A stretch of 47,728 bases of DNA, filler included, from Jimgerdemannia flammicorona (Eukaryota), in the NCBI GenBank assembly GCA_003990765.1. It is 2 parts of 2 records of this genome, joined end to end, with 100 filler letters (N's around TTAATTAATTAA, not from the genome) between each part and the next. Parts side by side here need not be neighbours in the genome. Positions count along the whole stretch, not along the records: positions 1 to 23,818 come from RBNJ01001060.1; 1 more part is not named here. One strand, 5' to 3'. The notes below the pieces were generated by a model. The model was not told the origin of the DNA and did not search any database. It was given only the letters and a program-made list of their open reading frames with translations. Below, piece by piece: positions 1-10,622 of this stretch (position 1 is the first letter of the stretch; each line of letters opens with the position of its first letter). A program made the position numbers and the translations under genes.

Positions 1-183
1 AAAAAAAATATATATATATATATATATTGTAGCAAACCAAAACGTACCATCTGAATTATAACTTAGCCAGATGATGTGAATAATTAGCATACTTACTCAG
101 CATGATGTGACTTCCAGTGTATCATAGTTACTCATACCTGCCATACTTATAATTAGCCAAGACACCAGATCAGGATTGTTTAC

Positions 184-297
184 CTGTGTCCTGAGGACAT
201 ACTCATGTCTGGCAGACACACTCATGTCCTACAGACACACTCATGTCCTGCAGACACACTTATGTCCTGTAGACACACCTGTACCCAGAGGACACAC
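184..297 (+). repeat. 19-bp tandem array (GACACACTCATGTCCTGCA-like) in U3, about 6 units, built on TGTGTCC-nnn-GGACACA-type palindromes
   Basis: GACA(C/T)AC recurs at 196, 215, 234, 253, 272 and 291; same array in the 3' LTR at ~9276-9390. Confidence 0.9.
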
Positions 298-362
298 CCA
301 AACATTACCGAAGATAGCAAATCTATAGTTAGCCACATAGTAACCAGCTAGTAACCAACTTG

Positions 363-394
363 TATAAATTATCCCAGAGATGAGAGTGAATAAA
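363..394 (+). promoter_or_regulatory. LTR TATA box (TATAAAT) followed ~20 nt later by an AATAAA polyadenylation signal
   Basis: TATAAA...GAGTGAATAAA is present at the same position in all five LTRs of the family; function inferred from motif. Confidence 0.65.
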
Positions 395-1533
395 ACCTCA
401 GTCTGAAAAGTCCAAAATTGAAGTAAAAGATAAGTCTGCCTACCACACTTCGAGAGGAACTCTACAGCCACTGTTAGGAGATTGTGAGCTTATTTCCCCT
501 TTCCACTCTGGTCCACTTTCTGATATAAAGAACAAGTTTGTTTTTGGTTCGCTTGCCAGATAAGCCTGAAGAATCCCAGTTTTCCACCAAGTTCAAGAAA
601 GAACTTTGCCGCATTCCCAGAGAAAGCTGCCTTGCCCAAACCAGTTTCTGATGCAACTTTGCAGTGATCCGTTCATGCAAACGAAGCCAGTCTTTGATGC
701 AACTTTGTCAAGAGACCCTTTCCAAGCTGCCATCCCGTTTCCCAGTTAAAGCCTGCCGTTTTTGAGTTATCCACCATATTCCCAGTTGAAGCCAAGTTCG
801 CACCATCTGAGTTAATTCCCAGTTAAGCTGCCATTTTCAAGAAGTCTGCTGATTCAGGAAGAATCCACATCATCTGCCATTTTCAAGTTATCTGTATTCC
901 CAGTTGAAGCCGCTGATTCAGGGAGAATCTACACCATCGTATTTCCAGAAAAGTTGCCGAATCAGGAAGAAACCCAAGTTATTGTTCCCAGAAAAGCCAT
1001 CCAAGTTATCCATTATTCCCAGTGAGCCTGTTACAGAAGAATCCATGCCATACAATTCCCAGTGAGCTGAATCGAGTTATTCGCCAAATTATCAGAACAT
1101 CTGCATAAGGAATCTGTCATACTACACAGAGATCATCATGCTACACAAGATCGTCATGCAGAAAACACATAAGGAGAACCACTAAATTGCCAGACCGTCA
1201 CGTACAAGGAGATCATCACGCTACACAGAAATCACCTATTACTCAAGAAGGAAACTGCTCATGCTACACACAAATTCTGCCATTCCCAGTTGACCCAGAA
1301 AGGAAATCCGTTCATACAAATTGCCGCTACACCCAGAGAACCGTCTCAATTAGGAAATCAACATACAAATCACTCACAGATATCCAGCTTTGACAATTAT
1401 ACTGCTAAACACCAAGGACCTCAGAAATCTTAGAACATTTTGTTGCTTTTTAACAAAGTAACTGGGGGCTCAAGCCAAACTACATCAACCCCCAACCTTG
1501 TAATTTGCCTCCATTGAGCCAGCATGTTACATT

Positions 1534-1549
1534 TGGGCTCAACTGGAAA
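1534..1549 (+). promoter_or_regulatory. Primer-binding site (degenerate), probably tRNA-Pro
   Basis: TGGGCTCAACTGGAAA 2 nt after the LTR; copy B has the fuller TGGGGGCTCAACTGGGAA; TGGGGGCTC is the tRNA-Pro-type PBS start. Confidence 0.75.
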
Positions 1550-2096
1550 GATTTCAAAATCGACGTGACTTTTCAGCTCACAAGAACCCACAGTCAAACT
1601 GGATATATTTGATACAACACCAATCTCTACTACTACAGGAGAACCAGTCATCACTAGCATTTGGACAGGAAGAGAAGTAATCACCTCAAGACTTGCTAAC
1701 TACCCAGCATCAGAAGGATCCCAACCAGAGGCAGGAGGCAGTACAGCCCGAAATCCCCAACCAGATCAACCAGATCAATCAGAAAATACAGACAGCCCTG
1801 CTGGAGATTTTGGAGAACTTGTACAAGAACTAGAAGACCTTATTACCTGGACCCAACACTTTACAGCCAGACACCCCACACCAGCCCCACCAATCTCACC
1901 AATAGAACCCCTACTACAACTTCTTGCAGAACCAGAAGTAGTTCCTATAAGAATATCTAGGTCTATTCTACCTCACCCAAGGACCAGAACACCATCTTCA
2001 AGATACCCAAGCACCCCTGTCTCTAGTGACAGTTCAGAAAGTGAATCAGAATCAGAATCTGAACTTGAATCAGAATCAGAAGAAAGTGATAATGAA

Positions 2097-5000
2097 ATGG
2101 CCACCTCATTGCCAAATTTTGCAGGATACCCAGAGGAGGACCCCAGAGAATTCCTTGATGGAATTGAAGGAATCGCAGCCTTGAGAAACCTCTCAGATGA
2201 AAGAAAAATAGCCATCTACAAAGCCCAGCTCAGAGAACCAGCCAGAGGAATTTTTCATCGAACAGCAAACAACTAAGATTCAGAACTAGCAAGATAGATA
2301 TAAGCAGCAATGTCTTATGAGCTAGAATATGAGGCCATGGTCCACTGGCTCATCGAAAAATATGCAGGAAATGAAACCTGCCACAAGGCTCAGGAATCTA
2401 TCATGGGAATGAAGATGAATCTTAGAGAATCACCCAGAGCCTTCTTTACAAAAATCCAGAAGAGAATGCATTCTGTCAGATTCAATGCCACCAACCAAGA
2501 CATCATAGGTCCAATGACCTTCATGAATGGAATTCCTCCGAATATTGCCCAGCATGTCCACACCCTAGGCATCAGAAGGTCTGAAGAGCAAGTAGATGCA
2601 GCCCAAGGATTCTTTGATATCAGGCAAGGAACTACCTGGAGTGACCATGACAAGAAGGAAGATAAAGAAGATATCCTAGTCAAAGCCCTGCAAGGACTCC
2701 TTCAAGGACAAGAAAGGTCTGAAGAAAGAAGGCCAGCCAAGAAAGAAAAGAAGGACAGAAGTGAAATTCAAGACCTCAGCTCCAAGTTAGACCGATTGGT
2801 TGGGCAGATTGAAAAACTCACCACATGCGAAAATCAGGACTACCAAAACAACAGAGGATACCCACCACAGAGGAGCCAAGGTTATCCACCAAAAGATAAT
2901 AGGAATTACTAGCAAGAAGAAAGAAGGTACCCTGCCTGAGACAGAGCCCAAGTTCAATACTTCTACTGTGGACAATTCGGACACTATGCCACTGAATGTG
3001 ACAATAAAAGAAGTGACCAAAGGGACTCAGAACTACCAAACCAAAGGAATGACACTCAGTACAAGAAGACTGAAGCCCATCCTGTTGAAGATTTCAAGGA
3101 AGCAAGCAACAGTGAAGACTACAGTGACCTAGACTTGTATCCTACTAAGGTTACTACCCAAAAGACAGTCTATCCAGCAGAAAAAAGAAAGAGACCTGTG
3201 GGAAGACCATCCAGGAACATCAGCAGAAGAATCATTCAAGAAGAAGATGAAGAACATGAGGAGGAACAAGTTGAAACACCTCCCCGAACCCCCTCACCTT
3301 TAGTGCCTGAGACAAACGAGTTGCCACCAGAAGATGAAGAAATGGAACAAGAAGAATGGGAACCTGCTGCTCCAAAGTCTAAGAAGAAGTACACCCCGAA
3401 GACCATGCCTAGGGATATTTACAATGAAGCCTGGCAGAAGATTCAAGAAGCCAAGATGGAAGTCTCTCTCCTGCAGTTCTTGCAACTGACACCAGCTGGA
3501 GTCCTAAACAAATTGCTGAGAACCACCAGGTCTAGCACTGGCCGAGTTCCAATCCCACAGCAAGAACCAGCTTCCATCCCTGTCCAAGCAGCTGAAAGAC
3601 ATGTTAGCACCTACCTACATGGAGATATTGGAGGACAAAAAGCAAAAATCCTCATAGACACAGGAGCAGCTGTCTGTGTCATTGCCAAACGATTCCTGGA
3701 CACCCTCCAATGGCCCATTGATGGACCATCCAACCTCAGCATCATAGTAGCAGATGGAGCCCGAACTCAACCCCTTGGAGAAGTATGAAATATCACCATC
3801 TCCCTTGGACACATTCAGTTCTCTATCCCCAAAGCTGTTGTCACCGAAGCTGTCACCTATGACATGATTCTTGGCACCAACTGGATGAAGGAAATGAATG
3901 CAGTTATTGATATTGGCCAATAAGTACTCAAGTTTAACTACTGAGGCAAGAAGTATAGAGTCAAGGTGACTAGCTATGAGCAATCAAAGAAGAAGAAGAA
4001 GGTCACTATTTAAGAAGAATATACCAGTAGTAAGGAGTCTACTACAGAAGAGAAAGAAGAATCCAAAGATGGAAATGATCCCAGACTCAATCCCCGAATC
4101 AATCTGGTGGATGACAGACCAGAAGACAATGTGTGGGCCAAGAAAACTATCCCTATCACTATTGGAGCCATTGCAGGGGAAGCCAAAGGATGCCCTACAT
4201 GCCTCAAGAGACACAAGTGTCCTGAGCACTCCTCCAAGATTATTGGAAAAAGGAAATCGCCTGGTGCAGCCTGCCCAGAATGCAGAAGAAAGAAGAAGAA
4301 ATGCAGACATGTTCCAGAAATACCTGCGACCAAAGCTGCAGAAGTACAAGCAATTTGGGGTCAAGAATCATCTGAGGAAGAAGAAACTTCTGACCAAGAA
4401 GTTCCTGAACAAGAAGCACCTAATGAAGAAGAAGTCCCTGAACTCATCCCCTGGGATGACCCTCACTGGACACCATCTGAAGACAATGACCCCTGGAATA
4501 CAGAGAAAGAACCCAGTACCATCACCATTATCCCTAAGAAAGAAACCCACCAAGAGAAAGCTTTCCAGCTAGAAAGATGTTCACATCAAATGGTCTTCCA
4601 CTCTTCCCGAGACTACTACTATCAGTGTCATCTGTTGGATCAACAAGAAAGACAGAGACCCCAGAGACCAGAACCCCCAACTACTCTTGCACAGTCCACC
4701 ACCTTTCAAGAGGTCACCACAAGGTTACAAAGTCAATTTAGGGGACAAGGCTTCTTTACCCAGATAGAAATATACCCCTTGTCTACCCTTCCCCCAACCT
4801 ATGATCAGGATGGGTACCGATTCCCAAGACAACAAGAGATAAATAGCTGGAAACATCATTTCTGAGCAATGGGATATTGCAACTACAGGAGACACCCTGA
4901 TTGTCGAGATTACAGACATCAGAAGATCCACCTCAGCCATGATGTTACAGTACACACCTTGAAGAAGGGAGATAACCGAAGTCAGATTCGAAAAAGTCAG

Positions 5001-6098
5001 ATTCGAAAAAGCCAGACCAAAAAGCCTGGAAAAAGAATTCTCAAGATCTACAATTTGGGAGAAGACATCCTAGCCCTCATCAGACATATAACCCGCCAAG
5101 GATGGGCAGAAGATGCCACCAACTTCATGGAAGCCCTTGACTCTACAGGAAGGAGGGGAATCAATTACCTCCAAGACCCCTCCACTGGAGCCAGATGGCC
5201 ACACCTCAACCTTAGAGCTTGGAGACTTTCTGCTAGTGGAGCTTCAGCCTTAGGAAAGCCTGAACTCAGCAAGGACATTGCCCAGTATGCCCTGCTGTAC
5301 CCTAAGGCCAAACCCCTGATCAAAGTCCACCCAGAGGATGTAGGATATGATCTTCACAGCCTGGAGGATGAATCTATCAAGCCTGGAAAAACCTTCATGG
5401 TCAGAACTGGATTAGCCATGTAACCACCTCAAGGAGCTTATATTCAACTGACCTCAAGGTCCGGACTTGCCAGACAAGGGATAACTGTAGAAGGAGGAAC
5501 CATTGACCCTGGATATACAGGCGAAATCAAGGTCATCCTACACAACAGCAGTACAGAATGGCACTGAATCATTAGAGGACAGAAGATTGCCCAAGCAGTC
5601 TTCATGAAGGTCAAGACCCCACAGTTACAGGAAGTCTCTGAACTAACTGAAGGAACAAGACAAGCCAAGGGATTTGGAAGTTCAGACAGGAAAGAGGTAT
5701 ATCTCCTTCAAGTCAACCACCTCAAGAGGAATGTTCCCCAGCAAGTATACCAGCAACCAGTCAGACTGCACAAGAATCTCATCCTGGAGCCTGAAGAACA
5801 AACCACTTTCGAAATCTTTGCACCACCCAACCCCAGAAACCTTTTCTTTGAACCCAAGGAAGATATCTCACACCTAGACATAGAGGGACATACATTCCCT
5901 GACAAAATGAACCCAGTACACTCCTGAGCAACCAACCAAAGTTGAGAGACCATCATCCTGCCAAAAGGAACCATCATAGGACATCTGGTGCCTTTTCTCA
6001 ACCGAACTCATAGGGAAGTTTATGAACTAAACCTGTTGGGAAATGGCAAAAGGTCCCAGAAGAAAGGAAAGGCCCCTCTGCGACCCAGGAGACAGTGA
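2097..6098 (+). pseudogene. gag: ORF1: Gag-aspartic protease-Cys/His-rich region-dUTPase-dUTPase-like domain polyprotein with premature stops
   Basis: ORF fragments starting 2310, 3135, 4107, 4869 and 5604 are all in one frame; LPNFAGYPEEDPREFL Gag start; zinc knuckle (C>Y)FYCGQFGHYATEC at ~2958-2999; protease ILIDTGA at ~3648-3668. Confidence 0.88.
5337..5687 (+). pseudogene. dut: Trimeric dUTPase domain within ORF1 (two in-frame stops)
   Basis: All five motifs: GYDL, SRSG, GTIDPGYTGEIKV, GQKIAQ, RQAKGFGSS. Confidence 0.93.
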
Positions 6099-7511
6099 AG
6101 CCTTCCACCAACATTGGAGAAGAATTGACACCTCAACAACAGCAACAATTAGTAGAACTTCTCAACAAATATCAAGATATCTTCACTACCAATTATGGCA
6201 ACCTGCCATACAATCCATCATATCACCACAGCATAAATACAGGAAGTGCAACACCCATCTGGCAGAAACCCTATAGAATACCCCATCACTTGAAAACATT
6301 CAAAAAAGAGTACATCTAAGAACTCTTAGACAATGGAGTCATCTGACCCTCCACCAGCCCCTGGGCCAGCCCTATACTTATTGTACCAAAGAAAGGATGA
6401 TGGAGACTCTGCATAGATTACAGAAAACTCAACTCAGTCACTGAAAAGGATGCTTATCCTTTGCCCAGAATCGATGACCTTTTGGACCAGTTACAAGATG
6501 CCAGATACTTCAGCAGTATGGACCTCTTTGCAGGATTCCATGAAATCTCCATGGACCCCAAAGACATTCAAAAGACAGCCTTCCTTGCCCTAGGAAAACT
6601 GTTTGAATACCTCTGAATGCTCTTTGGACTTTGCAATGCACCCCCTACCTTCCAGAGGATGATGAATTCAGTCTATGCCCCCTTGATCCACCACTGTCTG
6701 ATTGTATACATGGATGATTCCAACATCTATTCAGCAAATTTCGAAGAACACCTGCACCACCTGGAGGAATTCTTCAAGCTCACCTGCAAGAATCACTTGA
6801 GACTGAATGCAAAGAAATGCTACTTTGGAAAACAGAAACTCAAATTCCTGGGATTTGTGGTCTCAAAAGAAGAAACTCATACAGACCCAAAGAAAACTGA
6901 GAAGATCAACAATTGGCCAGTACCCAAGACTCCAAAAGAAACACTATCATTCCTGATACTAGTATCCTACTACAGAGGGTTCATTAAGGATTTTGCCCAA
7001 ATCGCTGCCCCAATCTGAATCCTTCTCAAGAAAGGAATGACATTCAAATGGACAGAATCACAGGAAAAAGCCTTTAGAGAACTCAAGAACCACATGACTA
7101 CAGCACCAATCCTTGTGCGCCCCAATCTACAGAAGCTATTCATCTTGTACACAGATGCTTCCAAAGATGGCCTAGGAGCAGTTTTAGCTCAAGAAGGACC
7201 TGACCAACAGTACTATGTAATAGCTTATGCAAGCAGAGCCACTAACCAGTAGCAGATGAACTATGGTAGCACCAAACTGGAATGTCTTGCAGTCATATGG
7301 GTGGTCACTCTGTTCAAGCAATTACCTCATCGGAAAAAGATTCACCCTGATCACAGACCATACAGCCCTCAAATGGCTATTCAACTATAAGAAATCTACT
7401 GGAATTCTAGCCTGCTGGATCCTCATCCTTCAGGATTACAAAATCACCATTATATACAAAGCAGGGAAAGCTCATAACAATGTTGATGTACTTTCCCGCC
7501 AGCCCCAATGA
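6038..7511 (+). pseudogene. pol: Reverse transcriptase-RNase H, in the -1 frame relative to ORF1; stops plus a copy-specific +1 frameshift near 7320
   Basis: SPWASP, WRLCIDYRKLN, DAYPLPRIDD, FGLCNAP, YMDD (6707-6718); RNase H YTDAS, TDH, HNNVDVLSR. Confidence 0.93.
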
Positions 7512-8584
7512 ATCAGAGGAAGGGTGTCCTGAGAAACCACACTCTAAAGGAAGCTCCTCAGACTATCAAAGCACAAGAAGATCTTATCCAAAAAGAACAC
7601 CAGAAAGCCCACCAAGGACAGACAAGCATAGAAGACAAGATTTGAAAACAATATCAACATTGGCCCCACCTCAGAACTCAAGTTTGGGACATCATCCAGA
7701 AATGTGACATCTGCCAGAAGTACCAAGGAAAGAAGAACTATCAAGCTCCTCTGCAACCGATTCCCCCACCCATTCACATCTTTCAAAGATGGAGAGTAGA
7801 TGTAATTGGACCTCTACCAGTTACACCAAGAAGAAACAAATATATCCTTGTATTTGTAGAACATCTGACAAAGTGGCCTGAGGCTTTCCCAATGGAAATC
7901 GCAGATGCCTTAACCATTGTAGGCCTCCTCCATGGACTCACACTCAGATATGGACCTCCTGAAGAACTCATTTCTGACCAAGGCACAGAATTCATCAACA
8001 ACATAATCACAAGTTATGCCCGAATTCACAAGATCCACCTCAAAAGGACCACATCATACCACCCCCAGACCAATGGCATGACAGAAAGAATGAACCAGAC
8101 CATCAAGAAAGGACTTGCCTGAGTCAACCCTACTAATTGGGACCTCTGCTTACCTGAGATCCTATGGGAAATTTGGAATACCCCTGCCACATCTACCAAA
8201 TAAAAACCATTCAAAATGATGTTTGCCAAGAAAACCAGAACTGCTGACCATGAGAATCTCGGAGACCTCCTCAAGAAGACAGAACAGTTATGAAATCAAG
8301 CCCAAGGACAGATTATCAAAGCCCAGGAAAGACAAAAGAAGTACTATAACCAAAAACAGAAGGATCAGGAGATCAAGATTGGAGATCAAGTTCTAGTTTG
8401 GAGAAGTATGATTGAGACAAACTTTGCCACCAAACTAGAACCGAAATGGGAAGGACCTTATCTTGTACACAACATCAGAGGAACCAGCATCTATTTAAGA
8501 AGTATGGATGGACGAATCCTGAGAACACCAGTACACATCAATTGCCTCAAGATATACTTCTCACACCATAAACCAGAGAATTGA
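7508..8584 (+). pseudogene. DDE integrase as a separate 358-codon frame with internal stops; GPY/F motif, no chromodomain
   Basis: HHCC (EHQKAHQG...CDICQ), VDVIGPLP, SDQGTEF, NGMTERMN, PKWEGPY; starts at ATG of an ATGA that overlaps the RNase H stop. Confidence 0.9.
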
Positions 8585-9080
8585 CAACTGCCTCCAAACT
8601 CTTGTCCTCAGTTCCCTCTAAGCCCTACCAGTTCCCCTGCCTCAGTTCCGGGAACCCAATGGAACCTATCTTCAGAGAATCTGAGTTCATCAAGAGAACC
8701 TCATCTTGGCCGAGAGGCTACTCCAGGTCCACCAGCTGCAGGCATATTATGCAATTGGAGAACAATTGCAGAATCTTCCTCTCCCAGACCTAGCCTATGT
8801 CTGAAACACCACTGGCCTGAACAGAACGAATACTACTGCTGCAGACAGACTATACACAATATACAAATGAAATCCTTCTGTCTTAGTCTAGGTCCAGTTT
8901 TCCCTGAATGATCTCCAAAGAATGACACTGCCCACCTACCTCAGTATCATTCACCAAGTAGAGACCCTATTTCCTGAAGAAGAAGAAGAGCCCCTGGAAT
9001 GGAGTGACTGCAGCTCAGATAATGATGATGGAACAGGTATAGATGCAGAAGCTGCTTATGCCTATTGGGATGATGACTGA
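8568..9080 (+). pseudogene. Extra 3' ORF (ORF-X) of unknown function, degraded copy
   Basis: Conceptual translation (start ATA, several stops) aligns over its length with intact 32171-32686: QAYYAIGEQLQ, TAADRLYTIYK, FPEEEEEP...AYAYWDDD. Confidence 0.88.
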
Positions 9081-9107
9081 AGAATAGTCTGAGACAGACT
9101 ACCCTTC

Positions 9108-9119
9108 AGTAGGGGCTGA
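9108..9119 (+). promoter_or_regulatory. Short imperfect polypurine tract
   Basis: AGTAGGGGCTGA directly before the 3' LTR (AGTGGGGGCTGA in copy B). Confidence 0.5.
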
Positions 9120-10622
9120 TGTAGCAGACCAAAACATACCACCTGAATTATAACTTAGCCAGATGATACAAATAATTAGCATACTTACTCAGCATGATGT
9201 GACTTCCAGTGTATCATAGTTACTCATGCCTGCCATACTTATAATTAGCCAAGACACCAGATCAGGATTGTATACCTATATCCTGAGGACACACTCATGT
9301 CTGGCAGACACACTCATGTCCTGCAGACACACTCATGTCCTGTGGACACACTCATGTCCTGTAGACACACCTGTACTCAGAGGACACACTCAAACATTAC
9401 CAAAGATAGCAAATCTATAGTTAGCCACATAGTAACCAGCTAGCAACCAACTTGTATAAATTACCCCAGAGATGAGAGTGAATAAAACCTCAGTCCAAAA
9501 AGTCTGAAATTGAAGCAAAAGACAAGTCTGCCTACTATACTTCGAGAGGAACTCTACAGCCACTATTAGGAGATTGTGAGCTTATTTCCCCTTTCCACTC
9601 CGGTCCACTTTCTGATACAAAGAACAAGTTCGTTTTTGGTTCGCTTGCCAGATAAGCCTGAAGAATCCCCATTTTCTACCAAGTTCAAGGAAGAACTTTG
9701 CTGCATTCCCAGAGAAAGCTGCCTTGCCCAAGCCAGTTTCTGATGCAACTTCGCAGTGATCTGTTTGCACAAATGAAGCCAGTCTTTGATGCAACTTTGT
9801 TAAGAGACCCTTTCTAAGTCGCCATCCCATTTCCCAGTTAAAGCCTGCCATTTTTGAGTTATCCACTGTATTCCCAGTTGAAGCCAAGTCCGTGCCATCT
9901 GAGTTAATTCCCAGTTAAGCCGCCATTTTCAAGAAGTCTGCTGATTCAGGAAGAATCCGCGTCATCTGCCATTTTCAAGTTATCCACATTCCCAGTTGAA
10001 GCTGCCAATTCAGGAAGAATCCATGCCATTGTATTTTCAGAAAAGCTGCCGAATCAGGAAGAAACCCGAGTATTGTTCCCAGAAAAGCCATCTGAGTTAT
10101 TCGTTATTCCCAGTGAGTCTGTTATGGAAGAATCCACGCCATACAATTCCCAGTGAGCCGAATTGAGTTATCCACCAAATTATCAGAACATCTGTATAAG
10201 GAACCCATCATGCTACACAGAGATCATCGTGCTATATAAGATTGTCATACAGAAAACATATAAAGAGAACCGCTAAATTGCCAGACTGTCACATACAAGG
10301 AGATCGTCGTGCTACACAGAAATCACCTGTTACTCAAAAAGGAAACCACTTGTGCTACATACAAATTCTGTCATTCCCAGTTGACCCAGGAAGGAAATCC
10401 ATTCACACAAATCACCGCTACATCCAGAGAACTGTCTCAATTAGGAAATCAACATACAAATCACTCACAGATATCCAGCTTTGACTATTATACTGCTAAA
10501 TACCAAGAACCTCAGGAATCTTAGAACATTTTGTTGCTTTTTAACAAAGTAACTGTGGGCTCAAGCCAAACTACATCAACTCCCAACCTTGTAATTTGCC
10601 TCTATTGAGCCAGCACATTACA
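9120..10622 (+). repeat. 3' LTR of copy A (1503 bp)
   Basis: TGTAGC...ATTACA; differs from the 5' LTR mostly by transitions. Confidence 0.96.

Larger units (their letters stand above)
28..1531 (+). repeat. 5' LTR of copy A (1504 bp)
   Basis: Starts TGTAGC, ends GTTACA; direct repeat of 9120-10622. Confidence 0.96.
28..10622 (+). mobile_element. Full-length Ty3/Gypsy LTR retrotransposon with dUTPase (copy A), inactivated by point mutations
   Basis: Paired ~1.5-kb TG...CA LTRs; 4-bp TSD ATAT (24-27 and 10623-10626); PBS after the 5' LTR; domain order gag-PR-dUTPase-RT-RH-IN; many in-frame stops explained by C>T/G>A. Confidence 0.97.

Noticed and set aside
184..297. CRISPR-like array of palindromic repeats
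   Set aside because: Units are head-to-tail with no unique spacers, lie inside a eukaryotic LTR, and no cas genes are present
4976..5020. 15-bp in-frame repeat (SQIRK twice)
   Set aside because: Short low-complexity linker duplication with no supported function
7263..7330. Frame change within RNase H of copy A as programmed recoding
   Set aside because: Copy B lacks the extra nucleotide, so it is a copy-specific insertion
2097..9080. Alternative genetic code (TAR=Gln or TGA readthrough) to explain the many stops
   Set aside because: Most stops differ between copies and map to CGA/CAR/TGG codons altered by C>T or G>A; all three stop types occur
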